DNA from: Candidatus Peribacteria bacterium
GTDB taxonomy: Bacteria; Patescibacteriota; Gracilibacteria; UBA1369; UBA12463
Length of the DNA stretch: 64,000 nt
Assembly: GCA_943355055.1 (NCBI GenBank)
Contig: CALREA010000002.1
Coordinates: 1,078-65,077 of the forward strand
Reading direction: 5' to 3'
Shown here: positions 54,217 to 64,000 of the stretch, one piece after another
Position numbering within the stretch: position 1 is the stretch's first letter
Layout: the number at the start of each line of letters is the position of its first letter
Translations under genes and position numbers: made by a program
Notes under the pieces: generated by a model
The model's database searches: none
The model's input: only the letters and a program-made list of their open reading frames with translations
What the model was told of the DNA's origin: nothing

Positions 54217-54624
54217 TTAGATAGTATGGTGTTGTGTATGCAAGTCTTGATCCACTGTTTCGTTGTTCCCGGATCCCATGCGGCCGTAATCATCCGCGAG
54301 TTTTATTACGTCGTCAAGCTCAGGAGTGGATACTTCAAAAATTTCGCTATTTTCAAGCGCTTCGATTCTATGAATCATGCGGGGCGGAATGTCGATTTTG
54401 TCACCTGGATTGAGCATTGTTTCTTTTAGCGAGTTTTGATCTTCTCCGAGGTAGAGTTTAATTTTTCCTTTATAGAGATACTGCGTTTCCATTTTTTTCT
54501 CATGGAATTGCAGCGAGAGGCGGTGACCTTTTGTCACTTCCAGGATTTTCCCTGCGTAGTGTTCCGTGTGGGCGAACCACACCTCGCGACCCCATGGTTT
54601 TGGCTTTATGATAACTGCGTTCAT
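54217..54624 (-). CDS. Cupin, mannose-6-phosphate isomerase type II-like
   Basis: KPWG.E, RLSLQFH..K.E, HRI, EVST and DV..L.DDYGR motifs. Confidence 0.85.
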   Translation of the reverse strand: MNAVIIKPKPWGREVWFAHTEHYAGKILEVTKGHRLSLQFHEKKMETQYLYKGKIKLYLGEDQNSLKETMLNPGDKIDIPPRMIHRIEALENSEIFEVSTPELDDVIKLADDYGRMGSGNNETVDQDLHTQHHTI

Positions 54625-54709
54625 CGAAAATGCGCTAGAAGTTATAATTCTAGCGCACTCTACATGATTTTGTCCCATTTTCCAAATCTTTGCGCGCTTT
54701 CAGTCGGCT

Positions 54710-55411
54710 TTAGTTCATCGAACAGTTCGGCTCGGTATTCGCTCCTTCGCAAACCAGTTTTCCTGATATCTTGCCAGCTCCCGGGATAAAGCCGCTGCAT
54801 TCAGGTTCTCCTGATTTCAGTGTTGCGATAATTTGCGCTTTTTTATCTTCGCATATTTCTTTCGGGCTACTTGGTTTTGTCGTTTCTACTGTTGGCTGAG
54901 ATGCGTCGCCTGTTGTTTCTTTGTTGCTGTCTCCGCCCGCGGTGGAATCTGTTGCCGTGATAGTCTCGCTTGCTACGGTCTCATTTGTATTATTAGCAAC
55001 ATCTCCGTTAATTTCGGCTGATACTGTCGCATCCGTGACTGCCGAATCTGTGGAATCAGTGGCATCCGGACATGTATCCGTGATTTCTCCTGCCATTTCA
55101 ACTCCACTATCATCGCTACTATCGTTCGCTACTGCAGGGGTGGCATCATCTGCGATATCGCTTACTGCCGCGGTTGCGTCCACGGACATATTGAAACTTC
55201 TGATAATCCCGTCCTGCGTGTCACCTCCATTATATGACGATATCGTAGGGCTGACACCATCTGATCCGTCTGTAATACTACATGCTGATACGGCTGCCAT
55301 GGTGGCTGTGAGTAGTTTTGCCATGGATGATCTTGTCAGGCTATTCATTCGTCCTCTTGAAGGGGTGGTCACAACGGCTGCCGAGGAAATACTATGTAAA
55401 TTTTCTGTCAT
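54710..55411 (-). CDS. Putative lipoprotein with acidic low-complexity stalk
   Basis: LLTATMAAVSAC lipobox-like segment; D/T/A/S-rich middle; C-terminal four-Cys domain; start uncertain. Confidence 0.6.
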   Translation of the reverse strand: MTENLHSISSAAVVTTPSRGRMNSLTRSSMAKLLTATMAAVSACSITDGSDGVSPTISSYNGGDTQDGIIRSFNMSVDATAAVSDIADDATPAVANDSSDDSGVEMAGEITDTCPDATDSTDSAVTDATVSAEINGDVANNTNETVASETITATDSTAGGDSNKETTGDASQPTVETTKPSSPKEICEDKKAQIIATLKSGEPECSGFIPGAGKISGKLVCEGANTEPNCSMN

Positions 55412-55476
55412 AAAGTAGAGTTTATAAAAATGTGGACGTTATTATTAATTATTTTTGCTATATTGTCAAGATTTCT

Positions 55477-56562
55477 CTAGAGGACGGCTTGTTTTTTCTC
55501 TTTCTGAAGCTGTTCTACGATTTTTTTCACATCCTGACTTCGACCTTTCTGACAGACCAGAAGGGCATCCGGAGTGTCTACGATAACGAGATTTTTGAGT
55601 CCTATTGTGACAATCAGCTTTGAGCCATGACCGTAGATGAGACTTCCTTGCGTATCAATACCTTTATGTTCACCCTTGATGAGATTGTCTTCCGTCCCCG
55701 TGGCGAGTTCGTCATAGATGGCTTCCCATGTTCCGATATCGCTCCATCCCAGATCTCCTGGAATAATTCTTACTTCTTTTGGGCTTACTTTCTCCATAAT
55801 GCCGTAATCGATGGAGATTTTTTCACAGAGTGGATATTCCAACTTCAATGTTGCCTTTTCTTTACTCGTGCCTATTGCATGACTAATACGATCTAGCCTT
55901 GCTTTCGTTACAGGAAGATACGTGTCATATTTTTTCAGAATCGTATCTACTCGCCACACATAAAACCCCGTATTCCAAAGATATTTATAGGATGAAAGGA
56001 ATTTTTTTGCCGTTTCCAGATTTGGTTTTTCGGTGAATTTTTCGAATTGATAGAGGTCAATTCCATCTACTTGCTTGAGAATTTTTCCTACTTTTACATA
56101 GCCGAGGTGTACACTGGGAGACTTTGCTTTCACTTCTATGATGTTGAGAGAGTCTTCTGTCTTTGCCACTTTTTCCGCCACTTTGAGTAATTTTTCAAAT
56201 TCTTTTTTATTTTGCACGATGTGATCAGCGTAAATGATTGCCATGATCTCGTTTCCGAATCCGTATTTTTTCAAATAAGTAGCGGCAAGTCCAATGCATG
56301 GAGCGGTATCTCTGAGCGCCGGTTCGATGATGAAATTTTTTAGTGGAATTCGAAATGCTTTTGCCTGAGCTTTTACTTCTTTTAGGAATTCTTCATTCGT
56401 GGCGATGTAAATATCCGCCGGTTTTGTAAACTGCACTCGCTTGAGTGTTTCCTGGAGCAGTGTTGCGTTGCTCACAAAACTTTGGAGTTGTTTTGGTTTT
56501 TTTTGGCGAGAAAGCGGCCACAGTCGCGTACCGGTTCCACCTGCGAGGATAACGATTTTCAT
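55477..56562 (-). CDS. manC: Mannose-1-phosphate guanylyltransferase
   Basis: ILAGG.GTRLWPLSR..PKQ, EP..RDTAP, F.EKP, WN.G, SIDY.IMEK and GWSD.G.W motifs. Confidence 0.95.
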   Translation of the reverse strand: MKIVILAGGTGTRLWPLSRQKKPKQLQSFVSNATLLQETLKRVQFTKPADIYIATNEEFLKEVKAQAKAFRIPLKNFIIEPALRDTAPCIGLAATYLKKYGFGNEIMAIIYADHIVQNKKEFEKLLKVAEKVAKTEDSLNIIEVKAKSPSVHLGYVKVGKILKQVDGIDLYQFEKFTEKPNLETAKKFLSSYKYLWNTGFYVWRVDTILKKYDTYLPVTKARLDRISHAIGTSKEKATLKLEYPLCEKISIDYGIMEKVSPKEVRIIPGDLGWSDIGTWEAIYDELATGTEDNLIKGEHKGIDTQGSLIYGHGSKLIVTIGLKNLVIVDTPDALLVCQKGRSQDVKKIVEQLQKEKKQAVL

Positions 56563-58133
56563 AGATTTGTGGTTATCAGATTTTCTCCGGTCATCTCTAT
56601 CGGCTTTGCAATTTCGAGCATAGAGAGAAGCGTGGTGGCTACGTCCTTTAATTCACCATTTTGCAATTTTTCCGATTTGAATTTTTCCGATACGAGAAAG
56701 AGGGGAACGGGATTTCGCGTGTGGGAAGGACATTGTTGGCCCTTTTCCGGACCTTCATCATAAATCATATATTCTACATTGCCGTGATCGCCAGTGATAA
56801 GCGTTTCATATTTTTTTTCGATAGCGACTTTGGCAATTTTCCCGATGCACTCGTCGAGAACTTCCACTGCCTGTACCGATGCAGCAAAATTGCCCGAGTG
56901 TCCTACGAGATCGGCATTGGCGAAGTTAGCGATAATTACGTCGTATTTTTCAGATTCCATTTCTTGGATGAGCCTGTCAGTTATTTCCCGCGCGCTCATT
57001 TCCGGTACTTGCGCGTAGGATGGAGCCTTTTTTGAGTCTATGAGGATTCTATCTTCGTTGACATATGGCTCTTGGATTTGACTATTGAAGAAGTAGGTTA
57101 CGTGTGCGTATTTTTCCGTTTCGGCAATTCGTAGTTGATGTATGCCATTTTTTGAGATAGTTTCTCCTAAATTGCTTGCGACAACGGGCGTTCCAAATAC
57201 CACTGGAGCTATTTTTGAATAATCCCCCATGCAGACGAAGAATGGATGTACTGTTTTTTCCGGGGTAAACCCTATTTCTGTTTCACGAGTAAAGCAGTTC
57301 GTGAGTTGACGTGTCCTATCGGTCCTGAAATTGAAAAAAATTACGGCGTCTTTGTCGCGAATGGTTGAATGTTCCGCATATTCATTGATAATAATCGGTT
57401 CCATGTAGTAATCAGTTTCTATGCCACGCTCGTAAGCGTTTTTTATTGCCTGAAACGGATCTGATTCGTGTACTCCTTTTCCGCTTACTATGAGTTCATA
57501 GGCACGTTGTGTACGATCCCAGTTATTATCCCTGTCCATCGCATAATAACGACCGCATATGGTGGCAATTACCGCTTCGGTTGCCGACCCTTTTCCCATT
57601 CCCAGTTCGATGATTTTTGTTTGTATCGCTTTGATAAAATCTCCCGCACTTCGCTCAGGGACATCGCGTCCGTCGGTGATGGCATGAATGTATGTCTTGG
57701 TGACTCCTTGGCTTTTTGCGAGCTCAAGAAGGGCATAGAGATGTCCAATGGTTGCATGAACTCCTTGGTCGGATATCATTCCCAATAGATGAAGCGCTGC
57801 TTTTGATTCGCTATTCACATAGGCACATGCATCGAGTAGCGGCTTTTTTTCAAAAAATGATTTGTCCCGTATTGCATGATTTATCGCCTCCAGGGTTTGA
57901 TATACTATTCTCCCTGCACCTATAGTGAAGTGACCGACCTCGGATCCTCCTTGCGTGTTCGAGGGGAGTCCAACGGCATCTCCGTGGCTCTTTAGTAATG
58001 AAAAAGGAAACTCACTTCGTAGTTGATTGAAGTTGGGCGTTTTTGCCCTCGTAATAGCATTTCCTTCGTAATCTTTCCCCTCGCCAAACCCATCTAGAAT
58101 AATCAGAAGTGCTTTGTGTTTCAAATTTCGCAT
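56559..58133 (-). CDS. gpmI: 2,3-bisphosphoglycerate-independent phosphoglycerate mutase
   Basis: ILDG.G, SEVGH, DGRD, GRYYAMDRD, AETEKYAHVT and DHGN motifs. Confidence 0.97.
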   Translation of the reverse strand: MRNLKHKALLIILDGFGEGKDYEGNAITRAKTPNFNQLRSEFPFSLLKSHGDAVGLPSNTQGGSEVGHFTIGAGRIVYQTLEAINHAIRDKSFFEKKPLLDACAYVNSESKAALHLLGMISDQGVHATIGHLYALLELAKSQGVTKTYIHAITDGRDVPERSAGDFIKAIQTKIIELGMGKGSATEAVIATICGRYYAMDRDNNWDRTQRAYELIVSGKGVHESDPFQAIKNAYERGIETDYYMEPIIINEYAEHSTIRDKDAVIFFNFRTDRTRQLTNCFTRETEIGFTPEKTVHPFFVCMGDYSKIAPVVFGTPVVASNLGETISKNGIHQLRIAETEKYAHVTYFFNSQIQEPYVNEDRILIDSKKAPSYAQVPEMSAREITDRLIQEMESEKYDVIIANFANADLVGHSGNFAASVQAVEVLDECIGKIAKVAIEKKYETLITGDHGNVEYMIYDEGPEKGQQCPSHTRNPVPLFLVSEKFKSEKLQNGELKDVATTLLSMLEIAKPIEMTGENLITTNL

Positions 58134-58139
58134 GAAGGT

Positions 58140-58955
58140 TTAAGCCAGAAGAAGTACTCGCAGGTACCAATCGATCATCTGTGAGCCGAAAAGTACGCTT
58201 AGGATTGTACCCGTAACGAGAAATGGCGCAAAGGGTATTTTTGATCCTATTGAAGCCTTTTTCGTGATAAGAAGACCAATGGAAAAAACAGCCCCCATGA
58301 GATAGGCAATAAAAAGAGCTACAATCAGCTTTTCCCAGCCAAGTATGATTCCCATTAGAAGTCCCAAAATGACATCTCCCGTTCCAACCCATCTACCTCT
58401 GGATATGAGGAGTTGAAGTTCGAAGAATATGGCTCCACATGCCGCTCCTGTAATGTAGTTTTGAGGAAGGGGATTGCCACTTACCATGTTTCCTATGAGA
58501 GCCAGAAGTATTCCTACATAGGTAAATATATCCGGTATTTCCTGATAAAGTAGATCGTAAAAGAAAATAGCAATCAGGGTAAGCGACACCGCTTCATACC
58601 GTATGAAATTGAAAAAAATGGATGAATCGATGGTTGGCACGATCGCTGAAAATTCTCTGCCCATGAACGGAAATTTGAAATATATCAACATACAGATCAA
58701 GCCTGAAATTATTTCAATCCATACGTACATTGGAGATATTTTTTCTTTGCAATACCTGCATTTTCCTTGTAGTCCCACGTAGCTTATGATCGGAATGAGA
58801 TCTATTGCCATGATGTTTTTGTGGCAATGGGAACATTGTGATCGTCCTAGGAAAATACCTGCAATTTCATGCCGCGTGCGATAGATTACTACGCTCAGGA
58901 AACTTCCAAGCCCTGCTCCTATGTAAAACAATATCACTGCGATAAAGATGTCCAT
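58140..58955 (-). CDS. pilD: Prepilin peptidase
   Basis: GSFL.V..YR, RS.C..C, GKCRYC, G.GD and IPF.PFL motifs. Confidence 0.92.
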   Translation of the reverse strand: MDIFIAVILFYIGAGLGSFLSVVIYRTRHEIAGIFLGRSQCSHCHKNIMAIDLIPIISYVGLQGKCRYCKEKISPMYVWIEIISGLICMLIYFKFPFMGREFSAIVPTIDSSIFFNFIRYEAVSLTLIAIFFYDLLYQEIPDIFTYVGILLALIGNMVSGNPLPQNYITGAACGAIFFELQLLISRGRWVGTGDVILGLLMGIILGWEKLIVALFIAYLMGAVFSIGLLITKKASIGSKIPFAPFLVTGTILSVLFGSQMIDWYLRVLLLA

Positions 58956-58964
58956 AGAATGTTG

Positions 58965-60575
58965 TTATGGGGTAGTGCTTAACGGTTGAAGTATTTTCGA
59001 CGGACTTTCGAAATTTTCCGGCAGTTTGAATTTTGGTACGAAATCTGTTGGGGCCAGTGGTGCCGGTTGTTGAGATAGGGTTTCCTGCTGCAAAACATTT
59101 GCTTGGCCTATTTTACTTATTCCCTTGGTTGGTTCTGAGACTGGTTGTGTTGATATGGAATTTGGAGTGCTGGCTATCAGCCGATTATAGAGTTCGGCAG
59201 CGGAATTACCTACGGAGCTACCTTCTCCCAGGCGAAATGCTGTGCGATAGTATTCTTTTGCGACGTCAGCATTCGTCAGTTTCTCATAGAGTTTTCCGAG
59301 ATTTAAATACGCTGCGGCCAGACTTGGATCGAGTTCTATCGCTTTTCCCAGGTACGCCTTGGCTTGTTCGTAATCGTTTAGGCCGAGTTCCGCCCATCCT
59401 ACCAGATTATATGCCATTCCGCTGTCGGGATGTTTTGCAATGGCTTGTTTCGCAAGTAAAAGTGCTTTTTCCGGTTGATTTACTTTTTCCATATAGAGCC
59501 ACATGGGTCGTATGAAGTAGTTAATATCCGAATCGTTTAACGCTACAACGGCATTATAGAGAAATGCTGCTTTTTCATAATCTTTTAGCTCTAAGTATAT
59601 TTCGGCTAGCTTTTGCTGTGCTTGAATTTTGGGTTCAAATCCTTTCGCGATAGCATCTTCAATGTTATTAGCAGCGAGATCTTTCTGATTGTTAGCGCTA
59701 TAGCTTAATCCCAAAAAGAAAAGCGTTTCCGGTTTGTTTTTATCCAGTTTTTTTGCCTCTTCGAGGGCGTCTATCGCATTTTTTTTATCATCAGTATTGA
59801 GATACGCATATCCAAGAAGTATCCAGGCGTCCCGATAATCTTTTTTTTCTTTCACCACGTTAAATAGTAACGGAATCGAGAGTGTATATTCACCAACTTG
59901 ATTAAAACTTTTTGCGAGTAGTGTTTTGAGGTAGATTGTTTGGCTACTCTGATTAATTCCAAATTCTTCAAATGCCGATAGTACTATTTTTGCCCTTGAA
60001 ATGAGATCAGGCGATCCGTTCGTCATGGCTGCTGCCGTATTTAATTCCGTTTTTGCCGTATCGTATTGACCAAAATGCGCTGCCAAAAGACCCATGTAAT
60101 AGCGCTTAGCCTGACTATCCGGTAACGTTCCTAGAAGCTCATGTGCCTTTTCTATATTACGAAGCATAATATAGGTTTTTACGAGGTAGATATTCGCCTC
60201 TTGGTTATCTTTATCTTTCATGAGGAGTTGCTGATATATTTCTTGCGCTTTCGTGAAGTTTTTTTCGTCAAGTAAGAGACGACCGATTTTTAAATAGGTT
60301 TCTTTGTTCTCGGGATCCAGCTGATTTGCGGCTATATATTCGTTTATCGCCAGGGTCGACATGTTTTTTTTTGCGTAATCATCGCCTTTTTGCATATGTT
60401 GGATGAACGTCAATGAATCGGGTTTTTGAGATGTATCCTTTGTGATTTGCCCGATAGAAATTGTATTTTTTTGAATTGTATTTTTTTTGTATTGTAGAGC
60501 GCCGGTTGCGAATAAGCCTGTAAGGATTAATCCACTGATAGCACTAGCGGCGATAATGGGTGCTATTTTTTTCAT
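58965..60575 (-). CDS. Membrane-anchored TPR-repeat protein
   Basis: N-terminal anchor; multiple A...LG..Y....A...A...DP TPR units. Confidence 0.85.
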   Translation of the reverse strand: MKKIAPIIAASAISGLILTGLFATGALQYKKNTIQKNTISIGQITKDTSQKPDSLTFIQHMQKGDDYAKKNMSTLAINEYIAANQLDPENKETYLKIGRLLLDEKNFTKAQEIYQQLLMKDKDNQEANIYLVKTYIMLRNIEKAHELLGTLPDSQAKRYYMGLLAAHFGQYDTAKTELNTAAAMTNGSPDLISRAKIVLSAFEEFGINQSSQTIYLKTLLAKSFNQVGEYTLSIPLLFNVVKEKKDYRDAWILLGYAYLNTDDKKNAIDALEEAKKLDKNKPETLFFLGLSYSANNQKDLAANNIEDAIAKGFEPKIQAQQKLAEIYLELKDYEKAAFLYNAVVALNDSDINYFIRPMWLYMEKVNQPEKALLLAKQAIAKHPDSGMAYNLVGWAELGLNDYEQAKAYLGKAIELDPSLAAAYLNLGKLYEKLTNADVAKEYYRTAFRLGEGSSVGNSAAELYNRLIASTPNSISTQPVSEPTKGISKIGQANVLQQETLSQQPAPLAPTDFVPKFKLPENFESPSKILQPLSTTP

Positions 60576-60580
60576 AAATA

Positions 60581-61072
60581 TTATACGTGTGTAAGTTGCT
60601 GATAGGCGCTGTGTTGCGCGTGACAGAGGGCTACGGCTATGGCATCCGCGGCATCATCTATTTGTGGTTTTGCTTTTAGATTACATATTATTTGAACCAT
60701 TTTTTGTACGGATTTTTTGTCCGCGGCTCCTGTCCCGCACACTGATAATTTTATTTCTCGCGGAAGATATTCCGCATGAATAATACCCCGTCTTGCAATC
60801 GTCTCCAATATTACCCCACGGGCCTGCGCTACCGTGACAGCCGTGGTGACATTTTGAGAGAAAAATAATCGTTCAATGGCGGCTTGATCCGGATGCCACT
60901 TTTCAATTAATTCTTCTATATTGCATGCTATTTCAAGAAGTTTTTCGGCTTGTGTATCTGTTTTTTTCGTAGTGATACATCCTAAATCGAGTACATTCGA
61001 ATTTCTTCCATGTATTTCGATAATGGCGTAACCAGTTCGCGCTGTCCCAGGATCTATACCAATGATACGCAT
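60581..61072 (-). CDS. ruvC: Holliday junction resolvase RuvC
   Basis: IGIDPG..TG, AIE.LFF, QARGV, G.A.K..V and DD.ADA.A.A motifs. Confidence 0.96.
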   Translation of the reverse strand: MRIIGIDPGTARTGYAIIEIHGRNSNVLDLGCITTKKTDTQAEKLLEIACNIEELIEKWHPDQAAIERLFFSQNVTTAVTVAQARGVILETIARRGIIHAEYLPREIKLSVCGTGAADKKSVQKMVQIICNLKAKPQIDDAADAIAVALCHAQHSAYQQLTHV

Positions 61073-61132
61073 AAAGGTGAGGTTTTATACGAAGTTAGTA
61101 TAGCTGAATTTACACAAGCTGCAAATGAAGCA

Positions 61133-61897
61133 TTATCGTGGAACTGCTGTCGTGTTTGGTACTCTGAATAGTGGGTCGATGATGTTTGTCGTACCTGGCT
61201 TGAAAGCCGGATCTACAATACTTGTTTCATGATTCTTCTTGAACGCAGGGTCTACAATAAAGGCTGGATCAACAATGTTTGTTTCTCCTGGCTTGAATAG
61301 CGGATCAATGATGCTCGTCGCCCCTGGTTTGAATAATGGGTCGATGATACTCGTGGATGGAACAAAGTTTCTGTTATTTCTTGCGTTTCTTATTTTTTCC
61401 AAAAGACTTAGCTTGGGTGATGTTTCTTCTTCATCCATGGCAGCTCCGGATGTTGCCTGATCTTCTTTCTTGAATAGGGGGTCGATGATGCCGGTTTCAG
61501 GTTTCTTATCGTCCTTGAAGAGAGGGTCAATGATGTCAATATCGTCATTGTTTTTTTCGAGCAGTTTCTTTATTCTTAATTTTCTATTTTGAATTTTCGA
61601 GTCTTCTTTTTTGAATAATGGATCAATGATGCTTGCTTCATCGTTTATCTCGGTAGTTTTTTTAAATAGCGGATCGATAATCGCTGAATTATTATTTCTA
61701 TTTTCAGCCTTTTTAAGCTTCATTTTTTCCTTATTTTTCTTGAGTCTTTCCTTGATCGCCTCCGCTCTGGATAGTACGTTATCCGCTTTGGTTAACGTAG
61801 CTGTCACGTTGATAGTCGTGCTGGCGTTCGCTACGAATGTTGAAAGAATGAAGACGGAAATGAGTCCGATGCCGATAATGGTGTTTGATTTTTTCAT
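61133..61897 (-). CDS. Secreted protein with ten I[IV]DP[LA]F repeats
   Basis: Signal peptide MKKSNTIIGIGLISVFILSTFVANA; 7x IIDPLF and 3x IVDPAF. Confidence 0.85.
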   Translation of the reverse strand: MKKSNTIIGIGLISVFILSTFVANASTTINVTATLTKADNVLSRAEAIKERLKKNKEKMKLKKAENRNNNSAIIDPLFKKTTEINDEASIIDPLFKKEDSKIQNRKLRIKKLLEKNNDDIDIIDPLFKDDKKPETGIIDPLFKKEDQATSGAAMDEEETSPKLSLLEKIRNARNNRNFVPSTSIIDPLFKPGATSIIDPLFKPGETNIVDPAFIVDPAFKKNHETSIVDPAFKPGTTNIIDPLFRVPNTTAVPR

Positions 61898-61942
61898 GCC
61901 ATTATCTTTCTCCGTTTCGATGAGTTTGTCAATTGTATATGG

Positions 61943-63361
61943 CTAGATTATTGTCGTAGTTATGATGTTTTCATCTTTACTGGCATTGATAACTGTGACG
62001 ACTTCCTGGCCTTTTTTTGCTATTTTTTGCACGCGAAGGAATTGAGCCACTTCCTGAGATGCATTTTTGAAATTCATTTTTTTGACGAAGATATGATTGA
62101 GTCCCCACACAAGCGAGAGTTGATTGCGTACTTTCTCGCTATTCGTGAAGGTGATGATTGGTTTGTAGATTCGATGCTTTGCAATGTGTTGAGCTGTGTA
62201 ACCGCTCAGCGATATGGCGACGATGAAGTCGGCATTGATGTCTACAGCGAGTTTCGTTCCGTTCAGACATGTTGCGCTTGAGATAGGGAGATCAAATTTT
62301 TTAATTTTAAAAGGAAGGAGGTGCTCGTATTTTTCCAAATTTTCCTCGGTGGCGTGAGCGACTTTTGCGAGGGTTTCTACGGCTTCTACGGGATATTTCC
62401 CCACAGCAGTTTCGTTTGATAACATGAGCGCGTCTGAGTGATCGAAGACAGCATTGGCTGCGTCGGATATCTCCGCTCGCGTTGCTCGCGGATTCTCAAT
62501 CATCGAGTTCAGCATATGCGTCGCTGTAATCACGGGTTTACCGTAGGTGTTCGCCAATAAAATCGTTCGCTTTTGTACGATTGGTACGTTTTCCGCCGGG
62601 ATCTCTATCCCAAGATCGCCTCTAGCGACCATGAGCGCATCCGAAACTTTTACGATGTCTTCCAGGTTTTTTACCGCTTCATGTCGTTCGATTTTGGCCA
62701 TGACTTTCGCAGCGCATTTTTTGTCACGGAGGATTTTTTTGAGTCTGATGATGTCCGATGCTTCCCGTACAAATGATAACGCTACGTAATCCACATCGTG
62801 CTTGATGCCAAACGCGAGATCTTCTAGATCTTTTTGGGTGAGTGGATCGGCTGCGAGTGACGCCGTTGGAACGTTAATGCCTTTGCGTGATTTGATAACT
62901 CCATCTGTTTGCGCGATGGCGTAAATGCTCGTACCTTCTACCTTTGTCACTTTTACTTCGATCAGACCATCGTCGATGAGGATGAGGTCGTTTTTCGTAA
63001 CGTCTTTATGAAGTTCCTTGTACTGTACCGGGAAGATTTTTGTTCCATTTTTTGTATCGTACTTTTCGTGATTTGTTGAAAGTATAATTTCCTCATTTGC
63101 CTTGATCTCCACACCATTTTCCGGCATTTCACCGATGCGAATCTTTGGACCTTGTAAGTCCTGAAGAATGGCTATGGGGGTATCAAGTTTTTTTGCTATT
63201 GATCTTATATTTTTAATAATGCGCACGAATTCTTCGTGCGTGCCATGAGAAAAATTTAGTCGGGCCACATTCATGCCGGCTCGAATCATTTTTTCAAGCG
63301 TCGCGAGATCTGAGGACGCGGGTCCGAGAGTGCAGACGATTTTTGTTCTTTTGTGGAGCAT
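61943..63361 (-). CDS. pyk: Pyruvate kinase
   Basis: TKIVCTLGPAS, RLNFSHG, DLQGPKIR, AKIE, MVARGDLG and TRAE.SD motifs. Confidence 0.98.
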   Translation of the reverse strand: MLHKRTKIVCTLGPASSDLATLEKMIRAGMNVARLNFSHGTHEEFVRIIKNIRSIAKKLDTPIAILQDLQGPKIRIGEMPENGVEIKANEEIILSTNHEKYDTKNGTKIFPVQYKELHKDVTKNDLILIDDGLIEVKVTKVEGTSIYAIAQTDGVIKSRKGINVPTASLAADPLTQKDLEDLAFGIKHDVDYVALSFVREASDIIRLKKILRDKKCAAKVMAKIERHEAVKNLEDIVKVSDALMVARGDLGIEIPAENVPIVQKRTILLANTYGKPVITATHMLNSMIENPRATRAEISDAANAVFDHSDALMLSNETAVGKYPVEAVETLAKVAHATEENLEKYEHLLPFKIKKFDLPISSATCLNGTKLAVDINADFIVAISLSGYTAQHIAKHRIYKPIITFTNSEKVRNQLSLVWGLNHIFVKKMNFKNASQEVAQFLRVQKIAKKGQEVVTVINASKDENIITTTII

Positions 63362-63497
63362 AGTGTTATTATATCATAATTTAGCTTTAAATTGGAGTGG
63401 CTTGCATTGTCTTATATTCAAAATATATTATAAAGCTATCTCCGTACGTACGAAGATTCGAATTAACGGTCAAAATTATATTTCTGCAAGTAATCTA

Positions 63498-64000
63498 CTA
63501 CTTCACCGTTACGCTCTTGGCCAGATTTCTTGGCATATCTGGGTCGTTTTTGCGCAGGAGTGCCAATTGATATGCGAGGATTTGGACGGGGATGATGTTG
63601 ACGATAGGGGAGGCGGTTTCGCAGTCTGGGACACGAATCCAGTAGTCAAAGACCTCTTCTTTCTGAGGAGATACGCCGATAATGTATCCACCACGAGCTC
63701 TGATTTCCATGGCGTTACTGAGGATTGCTTTCCTTGTTTCATCTGGGCCGACAAGTACGATGCATGGTGTCCCTTGGCTAATGAGCGCGATTGGTCCGTG
63801 TTTCAACTCCCCACCAGCAAACCCTTCGGCATGAATATAGGAAACTTCTTGAAGTTTGATCGCCGATTCGAGTGCCATTGGATAGTTCGAGGCGCGACCG
63901 ATGATATACATACTTTCTGCGTGCTGAATTTTTTCTGCCAACTGTTGAATATGTTCCTCGTAGCGTGGATTGAGCATATCGTTAATTTGACCTGCTGCGC
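63498..64000 (-). CDS. glmS: Glutamine-fructose-6-phosphate aminotransferase, C-terminal part (gene starts beyond the window)
   Basis: KLQEVSYIHAEG..GELKHGPIAL and terminal PRNLAKSVTV. Confidence 0.95.
   Translation of the reverse strand, partial: AAGQINDMLNPRYEEHIQQLAEKIQHAESMYIIGRASNYPMALESAIKLQEVSYIHAEGFAGGELKHGPIALISQGTPCIVLVGPDETRKAILSNAMEIRARGGYIIGVSPQKEEVFDYWIRVPDCETASPIVNIIPVQILAYQLALLRKNDPDMPRNLAKSVTVK

Noticed and set aside
61133-61897. Diversity-generating retroelement TR/VR pair or DNA tandem repeat
   Set aside because: No reverse transcriptase. Differences between copies are mostly synonymous rather than adenine-specific, and spacing is irregular.

Overview
64 kb of a bacterial chromosome translated in standard code 11 (TGA acts as stop). 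Gene content and style (TrmB regulator, archaeal-type TIM, RibL-type FAD synthase, H+-PPase, prepilin peptidase, little biosynthesis) suggest a Patescibacteria/CPR organism, probably Peregrinibacteria-like; this assignment is inference. Most of the window is housekeeping: pyrH-frr-rseP-dnaA, mltG, rplY, hppA, rel, recO-ftsX, gatCA, argS, holA, tpiA, hpf, murE, truB, dnaG-rpoD-greA, lgt, pyrG, trpS, priA, secDF, manC, gpmI, pilD, ruvC, pyk, glmS and one tRNA-Arg(UCG). The best candidate for an undescribed system is a pair of paralogous helical-domain plus HNH genes (2711-3568 minus, 44614-45507 plus). The first has a promoter-proximal ~75-nt three-way-junction RNA candidate, a duplicated ~55-bp upstream element and a degenerate ~50-nt repeat tract downstream. 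Both have loosely related upstream DNA and palindromes at the same place in the coding linker, and one of these palindromes matches a free intergenic palindrome with compensatory changes. Other notable items are a secreted protein with ten I[IV]DP[LA]F motifs, a riboflavin kinase-MurE fusion, SecDF with an inserted parvulin domain, apparently hydrolase-dead Rel, apparently ATPase-dead PriA, a direct-repeat-flanked cassette with an internally deleted EVE gene, and widespread leaderless genes. All calls were made by eye without database searches.
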